In this document: piece after piece, positions 46,575 to 56,446 of the stretch | Layout of the letters: every line of letters starts with the position of its first letter | How positions within the stretch are numbered: position 1 is the stretch's first letter | Origin: Gammaproteobacteria bacterium | GTDB taxonomy: Bacteria; Pseudomonadota; Gammaproteobacteria; SZUA-140 | DNA: 64,000 nucleotides | Direction: 5' to 3' | NCBI GenBank assembly: GCA_034002745.1 | Contig: JAVEZY010000006.1 | Span: forward strand, 12,667 to 76,666 | The notes under the pieces: generated by a model | The model's database searches: none | What the model saw: only the letters and a program-made list of their open reading frames with translations | Told to the model about the DNA's origin: nothing | Translations under genes and position numbers: made by a program

Positions 46575-48902
46575 CTAGCGCGCGCCCAGTATCAGCCTGG
46601 CGCGCGCACCGTCGCCCTCGCCGCCGATCTTGCCGCCGCGCACGAAAATGCGATCGGCGGGTCCTCCGGCATCGATGAGCGCCGCCATCACCGCGCGCCC
46701 GCGGGCGAAGGCCAGCGCGAGCAGTTCATCGTCGCTTACCGCTTGCGCCGCAAGCAGGCGCGCCTGCAACTCGTCCTGCAGACGGCGATCCAGCTCAGCC
46801 TCTCCGGCCTCGCCTCCCTCCGCCCCCTGGCTCCCCGGCGCTGCCTCGTCGGGAGCATCCGCTGAAGCCTGCTCGAGCGCCGCCCCCAGTTCGCTCCTGA
46901 GCGCGTCCGCGGCGCCGTCGCCGAACTGCGCATCATATGCGGTGCGCAACACTTCTTCGGCAGGAGTGCCGGCTGCGGCCACGGCAGCCAGCGCATCGGC
47001 GAGTCGGACCTGACGCAGCACCTCGCTGTCCTGCTCTCGCTCGGTCCAACCCTGAATCTCCAGGATGAGCAATGGACGTTCGGACAGCGCTGCGACCAGT
47101 GGCAGGATCTTTTCCCGCTCCTCCGCCGCCAGATCGGCGCTTCCGGCGGCAAACTGCGCATACTCCATATCCGGACCACCGCCGAAGACGCTGGCGATGA
47201 ACGAGAACGGCGCGGTCACGATCTTGGTGAGCGTATTCAACAGCACCTGCCCGATCAGATGGCCGAAGCGGAAGCCCGGCGCATCGATGTCGCCCTCGAC
47301 CGGCAGGCTGATGTCGATGCGCCCATGGCGATCGCGCAGCAGCGACAACGCGAACTTGACCGGCAGTGAGGTGGCATCCTCGCTTTCCACCCGGTCACCG
47401 AGCTCGAACTGATCGAACAGAGCGCGATTCTGGCCCTCGAGGCGACTGCCGGCCAGGGTATAGCGCAGGTCCAGAAACAGCTTTCCCTGCGCGATCTCGT
47501 AGCCGGCGAATCGTCCCGCGTACGGCGAGAACTCCGTCATCTCGACGTTGCTGAACGCGACGTCCGCCTCCAGATCATGCGCTTCGGCGAACGGTACCGC
47601 GTGACCATCGATATCGGCGCCGCCATGGTCGCCGACGCGGCCGGTGAGCTTCGCCTCGACCCGGGCACCGGGCACCGAGGAAATGCCGGTGATCTCGCCC
47701 GCCAGGCTCTGGATATGCATCGACACCGCTGGTCTGATCTGCCGGTCGTTGAACAACAGCCTGGAGTCCGAGATGGCGACACGGCCCACGCTGAACGGGA
47801 ATACATCCATCGCATCAGCGTCGGCGCCGATGCCGTCCTCGGCGCTGTCCTGCGCGGCTCCGGCTCCGTCTTCTTCATCGGCGGTCTCTCCGTCCTCCTG
47901 GCCGGCATTCAGCAGCAGACCGACGTTGGTGGTGCCGTCGGCGTGGATGCGGAAAACGGAATCGAAGCCGTCGATTTCAACCTCGGCGACGGCCAGCCGG
48001 TCAGGCGCCAGATCGAATTCGATGCCACGCAGCGCGAGCTCGCGCCAGGCGAGCACGGGATCATCCCGGTCCGCGACTTCGATCGCCAGCGCCGCAATCG
48101 ACGCGTCTCCGCGCAGAGCGATCAGCGGCGTCTGCGCGCCCTGCATCGCCCGCAGCCTGAACCCCAGCGCGCCGTCCGCGATCTCGGCGGCGAGGGTATC
48201 CGGGACATAGGACTGCGCAATGGCAAGGGGAATGTCTTCGGCGTGCAGGTCGAGATCGAACGCGAGCGGAGTAACCGCCACGTCGCCCATGACCGTCAGC
48301 GAGCCGCGCTCGCCCAGCGCGATGCGCAGGGCGACGAGCTCCGAGGGTTCCCCCGGTCGCGTCGAGAAATCGTGCAGACGCAGCGCCAGCGGCCCGAAGC
48401 TGCGATCGAACCCGCGCGCCAGATCGCTGAAGCGCACGGTTCCGCCATCCAGCACGAACTCGTCGACGACGATGGCGACACCCTCGCCTTCATCCGCCGG
48501 CTCATCCTCTTGCGGTGCTTCGCCCCGGGCGAAGGCTTCGACCAGATTGAGGGCGCCATCTGCCTGCAGTTCGGCATGAACGAAAGGACCGCTCAAAGCG
48601 ATCGATTGGAACACCAGCGCGCGTTCCCACAGCGAACGCCAGCCCATATTCACCGAAAGCGCATCCCAGGACAGCAGCCGGTCACCGCCGGCATCATCCA
48701 GCCTCACTCCCTCGGCCCGCACATGCAGCGTGTAGGGATTGAAACGCAGCTTGTCGATGGCCAGCGCGAGTTCATGATTCTCGCGCAGATAGTCGATCGC
48801 CTGCGAGCGCACCAGCGCCGGCACGGCCAGGAAGCCGATCAGGGTATAGAGCAACAGCAGCGCGGCGATGGCGATCGCGGGAGTCTTGGTCCTGTTCAGC
48901 AT
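46575..48902 (-). CDS. DUF748-domain envelope protein with OmpA-like C-terminal region
   Basis: N-terminal TM (LLLYTLIGFLAVP), LRFNPYTL, FSPYAGRFAGYEIAQGKL, LPVKFALSLLRD…IDISLPVEG. Confidence 0.85.
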   Translation of the reverse strand: MLNRTKTPAIAIAALLLLYTLIGFLAVPALVRSQAIDYLRENHELALAIDKLRFNPYTLHVRAEGVRLDDAGGDRLLSWDALSVNMGWRSLWERALVFQSIALSGPFVHAELQADGALNLVEAFARGEAPQEDEPADEGEGVAIVVDEFVLDGGTVRFSDLARGFDRSFGPLALRLHDFSTRPGEPSELVALRIALGERGSLTVMGDVAVTPLAFDLDLHAEDIPLAIAQSYVPDTLAAEIADGALGFRLRAMQGAQTPLIALRGDASIAALAIEVADRDDPVLAWRELALRGIEFDLAPDRLAVAEVEIDGFDSVFRIHADGTTNVGLLLNAGQEDGETADEEDGAGAAQDSAEDGIGADADAMDVFPFSVGRVAISDSRLLFNDRQIRPAVSMHIQSLAGEITGISSVPGARVEAKLTGRVGDHGGADIDGHAVPFAEAHDLEADVAFSNVEMTEFSPYAGRFAGYEIAQGKLFLDLRYTLAGSRLEGQNRALFDQFELGDRVESEDATSLPVKFALSLLRDRHGRIDISLPVEGDIDAPGFRFGHLIGQVLLNTLTKIVTAPFSFIASVFGGGPDMEYAQFAAGSADLAAEEREKILPLVAALSERPLLILEIQGWTEREQDSEVLRQVRLADALAAVAAAGTPAEEVLRTAYDAQFGDGAADALRSELGAALEQASADAPDEAAPGSQGAEGGEAGEAELDRRLQDELQARLLAAQAVSDDELLALAFARGRAVMAALIDAGGPADRIFVRGGKIGGEGDGARARLILGAR

Positions 48903-48989
48903 ATGTGCGGTTCGTCTCCGGTGAATTATCGCGAAAGGTGATGCACGATCAGGGATACCCGGCATCTATCGGCCGTTTCCGGGCGGCAT

Positions 48990-49322
48990 TCAATGTCCCG
49001 CTGTACGCGAGAATAGGTGCATCACCGCGACTCCGGCAATGATCAAAGACATTCCGGCGATCGCTGGGAGGTCCAGCGCCTGGCCGTGCACCAGCCAGCC
49101 GATCAGCGCGATCAGCACGATGCCTAGCCCGGCCCAGACTGCGTAGGCGATGCCGAGAGGAATGAAGTGCAGCGACAGAGCAAGGAAATAGAAGGCAATG
49201 GCATATCCCAGCACCACCACCAGCGACGGCACCAGCCGGGTGAACCCATCACTCGATTTCAGGGCAGACGTTGCGGCGACCTCGGCGATGATGGCCGCTG
49301 AAAGATAAATCCAAGGTTTCAT
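48990..49322 (-). CDS. SMR-family small multidrug transporter (EmrE/QacE-like)
   Basis: 110 aa, four TM; WIYLSAAIIAEVAATSALK (conserved Glu), AYAVWAGLG. Confidence 0.92.
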   Translation of the reverse strand: MKPWIYLSAAIIAEVAATSALKSSDGFTRLVPSLVVVLGYAIAFYFLALSLHFIPLGIAYAVWAGLGIVLIALIGWLVHGQALDLPAIAGMSLIIAGVAVMHLFSRTAGH

Positions 49323-49416
49323 GGCTGGCGTGGCATGCCCGCTGACCGCAGGGGACTATGAAGATAGCACAGCGGCCGGGGGGGTCAACGACCCGGATCC
49401 GGGCGCGTGAGGAGCG

Positions 49417-50538
49417 TCACCAGATTCGGGATCGGTCTATATCCGAAAGCCTCCTGCAACCCGCCAGCACCATGGCTACCTCGAGTTCCGCGCGGAGAAT
49501 GTGCAGCGCATGCGCCACGCCGGCGGCGCCGGCAACCGCGAGCGCGGCCACGCAGGGACGCCCGACCATCACCGCCGTGGCACCGAGTGCGAGCGCCTTG
49601 AAGACATCGGTTCCTCGCCGCACTCCTCCATCGAGCAGCACGGGCACGCGTCCGGCAACGGCTTCGGCAATGGCAGGCAAGGCGTCGATGGTCGCGGGCA
49701 AGGTGTCCAGCGTGCGCCCCCCATGGTTGGAAACGGCGATCCCGGCAACGCCCGCAGCAATGGCGTGCTCCGCGTCCTCGGGCGCCAGGACTCCCTTGAG
49801 GATAACCGGCAGACGCGTGGATGCCAGCAGCGACTCGACATCCGCCCAGCGCGGCGCCGCCGCCGGCAACGGACCGGCGAAGATCGGGCTCTCCCCCGCA
49901 CGGGAGATGACGGCGGGCTCGGGCGGCGCATCCTTCAGATTCGCGGCCACTTCCCACTCCGGCATGGCGAAGCCGAGGCGCTGTTCACGATTGCGCATGC
50001 CGGCGACCGGTGCATCGACGGTGAGTACCAGCGCCCGGTACCCGGCATTCTCGGCACGCGCGACCAGATCGCGGGTGATGCCGCGATCCGGATGCACGTA
50101 GAGCTGGAACCACAGCGGCGCCACTGCCCGCTTCGCGATGTCCTCCAGGGAGATGCTGGCCTGCGTACTGACCACCATGGTGGCGCCGACCGCCGCAGCG
50201 CCCAGCGCCATCGCCAGTTCCCCCTGGGGATGAACCAGACGCTGATGCGCGATCGGCGCCAGCAGAACGGGGTAATCCAGTTGCTGCCCTAACAGCGTCA
50301 GGCGGGTATCCCCGCCTTCGAGTCCGCAAAGCACGCGCGGCTTCAGGCGCAGCCGCCGGAAGGCAGCGCAATTCTCTTCCAGCGTATGTTCGTCTGCAGC
50401 GCCGCCGAAGAGCCAGGCGGCAACGCGAGGATCGAGTTGGCGCCGCGCGAGACGTTCGTAATCGGCAAGCGCCACCACATCGGGCGGGATATGCGGCAAC
50501 GGTCCGCGCCCCCGCAAGCCCTCGGCGACATCATTCAT
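49417..50538 (-). CDS. FMN-dependent alpha-hydroxy-acid oxidase/dehydrogenase
   Basis: GGAADEHT, LAPIAHQ, WFQLY, LTVDAP, LKGV, SNHGGRTLD, DGGVRRGTD. Confidence 0.92.
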   Translation of the reverse strand: MNDVAEGLRGRGPLPHIPPDVVALADYERLARRQLDPRVAAWLFGGAADEHTLEENCAAFRRLRLKPRVLCGLEGGDTRLTLLGQQLDYPVLLAPIAHQRLVHPQGELAMALGAAAVGATMVVSTQASISLEDIAKRAVAPLWFQLYVHPDRGITRDLVARAENAGYRALVLTVDAPVAGMRNREQRLGFAMPEWEVAANLKDAPPEPAVISRAGESPIFAGPLPAAAPRWADVESLLASTRLPVILKGVLAPEDAEHAIAAGVAGIAVSNHGGRTLDTLPATIDALPAIAEAVAGRVPVLLDGGVRRGTDVFKALALGATAVMVGRPCVAALAVAGAAGVAHALHILRAELEVAMVLAGCRRLSDIDRSRIW

Positions 50539-50540
50539 GA

Positions 50541-51221
50541 TCAGGTATCCGCCCAGCGACGTAGCAGATTGTGGTAGACACCGAGCAGCTGGCCAGACAC
50601 GGCATGATCGGGCAGCGCCTGCGCCACATCCTGGATGGCATTGTCCAGACTGAACAGCAAGGCCCGCTCACCGTCATCACGAATCAGGCTCTGTATCCAG
50701 AAGAAGGCCGCGAAGCGCGTGCCACGCGTCACCGGCGTAACACGATGCAGGCTGTGGCCGGGATAGATCACCATGTCCCCTGCCGGAAGCTTCACGGTAT
50801 GCGCGCCATAGGTATCCTCGATCACCAGCTCCCCGCCCTCGTATTCCTGAGGCTCGCTGAAGAACAGTGTGGCCGAGATATCAGAGCGTACCCGGTGCGG
50901 CGTACCCGGCACGGCGAAGATCGCATTATCGATGTGGTTGCCGTAGGCGCCTCCACCTTCGTAGCGATTGAAGCGCGGCGGCAGGACACGCAGCGGCAAT
51001 GCCGAGGACATGAAGAGTGAATTCTTTGCCAGTATGTCCAGAATGAGATCGCCCAGACGGGCACCCACCGGATCATCGTGGGCGAGTTGCAGATTGCTTT
51101 TCACCCGCACCGCGGCATGCCCGGCGGTGAGCCGCCCATCGCTCCAGCTCGCCGCCTCCAGCGCAGCGCGGCTTTGGCGCACCTGTTCCGGGCTCAACAC
51201 CCGGGGAATTCGCTGCATCAT
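50541..51221 (-). CDS. piuC: PKHD-type Fe(II)/2-oxoglutarate dioxygenase (PiuC/YbiX)
   Basis: [56 protein letters not shown]. Confidence 0.92.
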   Translation of the reverse strand: MMQRIPRVLSPEQVRQSRAALEAASWSDGRLTAGHAAVRVKSNLQLAHDDPVGARLGDLILDILAKNSLFMSSALPLRVLPPRFNRYEGGGAYGNHIDNAIFAVPGTPHRVRSDISATLFFSEPQEYEGGELVIEDTYGAHTVKLPAGDMVIYPGHSLHRVTPVTRGTRFAAFFWIQSLIRDDGERALLFSLDNAIQDVAQALPDHAVSGQLLGVYHNLLRRWADT

Positions 51222-51280
51222 CTGACTGCTCCCGTTTTCGTCATTCCGATGGGCCGCTGTCGGCCTGCCCTATTGCCAAG

Positions 51281-51305
51281 CCTAATGACAATCATTATCA
51301 TTGCG
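51281..51305. promoter_or_regulatory. Fur box in the divergent piuC / receptor promoter
   Basis: CCTAATGACAATCATTATC matches GATAATGATAATCATTATC at 16 of 19; an overlapping second site is shifted by 6 nt. Confidence 0.85.
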
Positions 51306-51384
51306 CTTTGCTTTCAAAGCAACACATATTGGCCTGGCCGGCGATCACCCGCCCAAACGACAACTCCGCAAACTTGGAAGACAC

Positions 51385-53691
51385 ATGAAAACTCTAGGCG
51401 CCGAAAGAAACAATCGAATCAAACCCTTGCTCGCCGCGATACTGTGCGCCAGTGGCGGCGGCCTCGCGGGAACGGAGGTCCAGGCACAGGAGGCGGGTGA
51501 TGTCGTGACGCTGCGTTCGCTCTCCGTTCAGGCGGCGCCTGATCAGCCGGGGCAGGTCGCCTCGCCCAAGTTCACCGCCCCCCTCCTCGACACGCCGCAG
51601 ACGGTACAGGTAATCCCTTCCGAGCTGTTCACGCAACAGGGCGCACAGAGCCTGACCGATGTGCTGCGCAACACTCCCGGCATCAGCTTCAGCGCCGGTG
51701 AGAACGGGTTTTCCACCAACACCAACAACTTCACTTTGCGCGGCTTCGATACCAGCGGCAACATATTTGTCGACGGTACACGCGACTCCGGCAACTATCG
51801 CCGCGATGTCTTCAATGTCGAACAGGTCGAAGTGGTGAAGGGTCCAGCAGCGGACAATGGACGCGGCGGTGCTGGCGGTTACATCAACATCGAAACCAAG
51901 ACGCCGCAGCTGCGCGACAGCCAGACGGCATCCATCGGCTACGGTTTCGACGAGTACGATTCCGAGCATCGCCTGCGCACCGCGCTCGACGTCAACCGAA
52001 TCGTCGGCGACGGCACCGCGATCCGGATGAACCTGCTGATGCAGGAAGGCGGCGTCGCCGGTCGGCAGATGGCCGAGCACAACAGCCTGGGCGTTGCTCC
52101 GTCACTCGCCTTCGGCCTGGACGGCCCGACGCGCCTGGTCCTCGGCTATCAGTATCTGGAGCAGGAAGATCTGCCCGACTGGGGCATTCCGGCAGCATTC
52201 ATCGAGGACATGGTCCGCTTCGATCGCACCGTGGACGAAGACGATCGCGACCGCTTCTATGGCCTGGCCTCGGATCATGACGATACCGTCTCCCATTCCG
52301 CCATGGCCCGCATCGAGCATGACTTCTCCCGCGATTTCAGCCTGAGCAACCAGACGCGCTGGGTCAGGACCGATCGCGATGCCCGTTATACGGTCGCGAC
52401 GGCGTACGATGCGGCGACGCGCGAGGTCGCCACGCAGGCACAGTTCTACGAACGCGAGAATACGTCGATCTCCAACCTCACCAACCTGACGTTCCGTTTC
52501 GACACCGGCGCCCTGCGGCACACCGCGGCGGCTGGCCTGGAGATTTCGCGTGAGACCTCGGATGCGCTGCGCTTCGGCACCGCCAACCAGCCGGCGACGG
52601 ATATCGCCAACCCGGATCCGTTCCGTGCCGGCGTCCCGGTCGTCGCAGCCACCGAGATCAGCGAGGTGACCATCGACACCATCGCGCTCTACGCCTACGA
52701 CACCATCGCGCTGAGCGAACGCTGGGAGCTGACCGGCGGTCTGCGCGGCGAGCGTTACGAAGTCGACATCGAAAGCCGCAGCGCGAGCGGCAACCCGCAA
52801 GGACCTGATCAGTACGATGTCAGCGATACCACCCTGAGCGGAAAGCTCGGGCTGGTGTTCAAGCCGGTCGAACATGGCAGCGTCTACGGCGCGGTAAGCA
52901 TGTCCACCCTGCCCCCGGGCTCCTATCTGTCCAATCCCGACATCTCGCGCACCGGCAATAACGCGTTCCCCGGCCTGGTCGGACAGAACAACGAAGAGGC
53001 CAGGACGCAGAAGGCCATCAACTACGAACTCGGTGTGAAGTGGAACTTGTTCGATGACCGGCTCAACGCTTCAGCGGCTGTCTTCCACACCGAACGTCGC
53101 AACGTCGCCATTACCGGCGCAGAAGAACCCGGCGGCGATGTCACTCTGCAGGGATACGGCAAGCAGATCGTACAGGGGATCGAGCTGAGCCTGATCGGCG
53201 AGATCCGCGAAGGCTGGACCGCCTGGGGCGGCATCCTGTTCCTCGACAGCGAGCGCAAGCACAGCGCGCTGCTCGACGAACGGCGCCGCAACGCCAACCC
53301 GGCCGATTTCAGCGGCGATTTCGGCATCTTCAACTCGACCAACGGGGATGAACTGGCATTCACGCCCGACATCACCGCCAGCGTGTGGACCAGTTATGCC
53401 TTCCGTTCGGGGTTGACCCTGGGTGGCGGCATACAGCACGTGGCCGATTCCTGGGCCGGTCGACCGGACGATGCCGACCGCATCATCCCCAACGGCATGT
53501 TCGGCGAGTTGCCCGGTTACACCGTGCTGAACCTCATGGCCTCGTACGCCGTCAGTGAGAACCTGCTGGTGCGGCTCAACATCGACAACGTCACGGACGA
53601 ACTCTATGCCGTCTCGACCAACTGGGCAGCGCAGCGCGTCTTCACGGGCGCGCCGCGTTCATACCTGCTGACAGCGGACCTGCGCTTCTGA
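51385..53691 (+). CDS. TonB-dependent siderophore receptor (Fiu/PiuA-like)
   Basis: SPKFTAPLLDTPQTVQVIP, LRNTPGISF, TLRGF, VEQVEVVKGP, RLNIDNVTDELY, C-terminal DLRF; Fur box upstream. Confidence 0.93.
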   Translation: MKTLGAERNNRIKPLLAAILCASGGGLAGTEVQAQEAGDVVTLRSLSVQAAPDQPGQVASPKFTAPLLDTPQTVQVIPSELFTQQGAQSLTDVLRNTPGISFSAGENGFSTNTNNFTLRGFDTSGNIFVDGTRDSGNYRRDVFNVEQVEVVKGPAADNGRGGAGGYINIETKTPQLRDSQTASIGYGFDEYDSEHRLRTALDVNRIVGDGTAIRMNLLMQEGGVAGRQMAEHNSLGVAPSLAFGLDGPTRLVLGYQYLEQEDLPDWGIPAAFIEDMVRFDRTVDEDDRDRFYGLASDHDDTVSHSAMARIEHDFSRDFSLSNQTRWVRTDRDARYTVATAYDAATREVATQAQFYERENTSISNLTNLTFRFDTGALRHTAAAGLEISRETSDALRFGTANQPATDIANPDPFRAGVPVVAATEISEVTIDTIALYAYDTIALSERWELTGGLRGERYEVDIESRSASGNPQGPDQYDVSDTTLSGKLGLVFKPVEHGSVYGAVSMSTLPPGSYLSNPDISRTGNNAFPGLVGQNNEEARTQKAINYELGVKWNLFDDRLNASAAVFHTERRNVAITGAEEPGGDVTLQGYGKQIVQGIELSLIGEIREGWTAWGGILFLDSERKHSALLDERRRNANPADFSGDFGIFNSTNGDELAFTPDITASVWTSYAFRSGLTLGGGIQHVADSWAGRPDDADRIIPNGMFGELPGYTVLNLMASYAVSENLLVRLNIDNVTDELYAVSTNWAAQRVFTGAPRSYLLTADLRF

Positions 53692-53694
53692 CAG

Positions 53695-54606
53695 TCAAAG
53701 GGGACGTTCCCCTTGCAGGGGAGCGTCCCCTTTTTTTCCCTGCTCGAGTCCTTTCCGTCCGGCCCAGTCCCGGGCGAACTGCCAGGCGACGCGTCCACTG
53801 CGTGATCCGCGCGACAGCGCATAGCGCAGCGCTTCGACGCGCACCTCCTCATCGAGCACGGTAATGCCGAGCTCGCGGAGCCACGCATGGCAGATGTCGA
53901 GATAGTCATCCTGGCTGAACGGATAGAAGGACAGCCACAAGCCGAACCGCTCCGACAGCGAGATTTTCTCCTCCACCGCCTCTCCGTGATGGATCTCGCC
54001 ATCGACGATGCGGGTTTCCAGGTTCTCGCGCCGGTATTCGGGCAACAGATGGCGCCGATTGGACGTGGCATAGATCAGGACATTTTCGGCGGGCCCCGCC
54101 ACCGAGCCGTCGAGCACGGCCTTCAATGCCTTGTAGCTGGCGTCGTCGGCCTCGAACGACAGATCGTCGCAGAAGACGATGAAACGTTCCTCTCGCCCCC
54201 GCACCAGTTCCACGATATCCGTCAGGTCGACCAGGTCATGAGGTTCGACTTCGATCAAGCGCAATCCGCGGTCGTGGTATTCGGCAAGCAGCGCCTTTAC
54301 CAGCGAAGATTTTCCGGTCCCGCGCGAACCCCACAGGAGGGCATTGTTGGCGGGCAGACCGCAAATGAACTGTCGCGTATTGCGCTCGAGTTCCGTCTTC
54401 TGCTCATCGATGTTGCGCAGCTCCGCCAGCCGGATGCGATGCGGATGCGTCACCGCCTGCAGTTCCCCGCCGCCTCGCCGGCGCCGCCAGCGCCATGCCG
54501 TCGCCTTCCAGTCCGGTGTCACGGATCCCGGGCCGATCAGTGCCTCGATGCGACCGAGAATGCGTTCGACCCGTTCGAGCACACGATCCTGTTGGTTCCC
54601 GCTCAT
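53695..54606 (-). CDS. DUF815-family AAA+ ATP-binding protein
   Basis: PANNALLWGSRGTGKSS, FCDDLSFE, YATSNRRHL, EEKISLSERFGL, SRSGRVAWQF. Confidence 0.9.
   Translation of the reverse strand: MSGNQQDRVLERVERILGRIEALIGPGSVTPDWKATAWRWRRRRGGGELQAVTHPHRIRLAELRNIDEQKTELERNTRQFICGLPANNALLWGSRGTGKSSLVKALLAEYHDRGLRLIEVEPHDLVDLTDIVELVRGREERFIVFCDDLSFEADDASYKALKAVLDGSVAGPAENVLIYATSNRRHLLPEYRRENLETRIVDGEIHHGEAVEEKISLSERFGLWLSFYPFSQDDYLDICHAWLRELGITVLDEEVRVEALRYALSRGSRSGRVAWQFARDWAGRKGLEQGKKGDAPLQGERPL
53697..53734. repeat. REP-like doublet hairpin / bidirectional terminator inside the DUF815 3' end
   Basis: AAAGGGGACGTTCCCC-TTGCA-GGGGAGCGTCCCCTTTT. It encodes the terminal KKGDAPLQGERPL*. Confidence 0.7.
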
Positions 54607-54736
54607 TGCCGGCCTCCTGTTGTATCACCGGCAATTGTAGCAAAGGGGTCGAAGCGCTCCGGACGGGCCCTACCGCCGTCGTGTATCATGGTTCGGGACA
54701 TCCGGTACGATTCGTCCATCACTCTACGCACATCCC

Positions 54737-55819
54737 ATGCAAGCGCCGAACGCCCATACCTCCGCCCGCGCACTGATGCGCTCGATCATCCAGCGCATCG
54801 CTACCGGCCCCGAACTGTCGAAGGACATTTCCCGCGAGGAAGCGCGGGATGGCATGCGGGCGGTGCTCGACGGCGCGATCGATCCGGTACAGGCGGCAAT
54901 ATTCCTCATCGCCCTGCGCATGAAACGCGAAGCCGACGATGAGTATCTGGGCATTCTCGATGCGCTGCGGTCGGTTACCCGAACCGGTATCGCCGATGTC
55001 GAGGATCTGGTGGATCTCGCCGATCCCTACGACGGCTTCAACCGCGCGCTTCCGGTCTCTCCGTTCCTCGGCGCCGTTCTCGCTGCCTGCGGTGTGCGCG
55101 CTGTCGTGCATGGTGTCGCGGCGATGGGACCCAAGTTCGGCGTGACACCACGGCAGGTACTGGAAGCGGCGGGTCAGCGGGTCGATGGCACGACAGCGGA
55201 AGCGATCGCGCGCATCGAGAATCCTGCAATCGGCTGGGCGTATGTGGACCAGAGCAGTTTCTGCCCCTCATTGCACGAACTCGCATCGCTGCGCACCCTG
55301 ATGGTCAAGCGACCGGCGCTGACCACGGTCGAAAAACTGCTTGGCCCCATACGGGCGCGCGGCCGCACGCATCTGGTGACCGGATACGTGCACAAGGCCT
55401 ATCCACGGATCTACGCCCTCCTCGCGCGCGCTGCGGAGTTCGATTCGGCACTGATCGTCCGCGGTGTCGAAGGTGGGGTGATCCCGTCCCTGCGTCAGGC
55501 AGGCCGCGTATTTCGCATCCTTGGCGACGACAGCGATGAACTCGAACTGCAACCGGCGCAGTTCGGATTCAGCGCAGGTATCCTGCCGCCATCGCTGCCG
55601 CCCATGGGCAGCACCTTCGACGCTGACGCCGTTGCTCGCGCCGCAGCCGATGCAGGAATCGCCGCGTTGTCGGGCGCTTCCGGCCCGGCTCGCGAATCGC
55701 TGATCAGCGCCGGCGCGCTCTGCCTGTGGCATCTCGGCCGTCATGCCGATCTGTCGAGCGCCGCTGCCGCTGTCGCCCGCGCCCTCGACACCGGTGCCGC
55801 ACGGCGCCAGCTGGACTAG
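54737..55819 (+). CDS. Anthranilate phosphoribosyltransferase-like (TrpD2/YbiB-type) protein
   Basis: GT3 N-domain QAAIFLIALRMKRE. The canonical GTGGD and KHGN motifs are replaced by DPYDG and VHGV. Confidence 0.75.
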   Translation: MQAPNAHTSARALMRSIIQRIATGPELSKDISREEARDGMRAVLDGAIDPVQAAIFLIALRMKREADDEYLGILDALRSVTRTGIADVEDLVDLADPYDGFNRALPVSPFLGAVLAACGVRAVVHGVAAMGPKFGVTPRQVLEAAGQRVDGTTAEAIARIENPAIGWAYVDQSSFCPSLHELASLRTLMVKRPALTTVEKLLGPIRARGRTHLVTGYVHKAYPRIYALLARAAEFDSALIVRGVEGGVIPSLRQAGRVFRILGDDSDELELQPAQFGFSAGILPPSLPPMGSTFDADAVARAAADAGIAALSGASGPARESLISAGALCLWHLGRHADLSSAAAAVARALDTGAARRQLD

Positions 55820-55831
55820 GGTTCGCGGCAG

Positions 55832-55936
55832 GGGGACAGTCCACAAGGGACGGTCCCCATTCAGAACTGCGGCAGGAGTTTCACGGGACTGTCCCCATCC
55901 CTCTCATCACCACAGGGGACTGTCCCCATCCCCTCT
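55832..55936. repeat. Cluster of four GGG(G)AC(A/T/G)GTCC(CC) palindromes
   Basis: At 55832, 55847, 55885 and 55915. A 21-nt direct repeat GGGACTGTCCCCATCCCTCTC occurs at 55885 and 55916. Confidence 0.8.
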
Positions 55937-55939
55937 CCG

Positions 55940-56305
55940 TCAGGAATGCCTATTCGGATGGCCGGCGCCGGAGAGGCTGTGGTCGAAGTCGCGCTTCGGA
56001 ACCGGGTGATGACCCATGGCGGCGTCAACCTGGTAGGGCAGCGTACCGCACTGGTTTCGTTCGGAGAGATCACAGGTCTTGTAACCGAAGAGCTGGTAGA
56101 GCGGATCCCAGCCAACGAAAGCCGTCAGTCCCACGTGCGCTGATATCAGCCAGGAGGCGGCATGCCAGCCGTTCATCACATCACCCAACACCAGCAGATC
56201 GATCATGGGCCAGGCGAGCAGCACTGCCGTGAGCACCATGCGCAGCAAGCGATCAACAAGGGAAAGATTCTGGATCACGCCGAGACGCGTTCGTATGGTC
56301 TTCAT
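55940..56305 (-). CDS. DUF2892/YgaP-like membrane protein
   Basis: QNLSLVDRLLR, two TM, GWDPLYQLFGYKTC. Confidence 0.8.
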   Translation of the reverse strand: MKTIRTRLGVIQNLSLVDRLLRMVLTAVLLAWPMIDLLVLGDVMNGWHAASWLISAHVGLTAFVGWDPLYQLFGYKTCDLSERNQCGTLPYQVDAAMGHHPVPKRDFDHSLSGAGHPNRHS

Positions 56306-56390
56306 CGTGTCCTCCTTACAGCATCGACTCTGTATTTCTGGAAGATATTTATTTGACGTCGACCGGGCACGAAGGTTCACCAGGAAGCGC

Positions 56391-56406
56391 TGGCATGGCG
56401 ATTGCA
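56391..56406 (+). promoter_or_regulatory. Sigma54 (-24/-12) promoter of the bactofilin operon
   Basis: TGGCATG-GCGA-TTGCA with exact GG-N10-GC spacing; AT-rich tract upstream (56345-56354). Confidence 0.75.
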
Positions 56407-56446
56407 ATCTGACGTGCGAAGTGGCGAGTTACTGACGGAGGAACAC

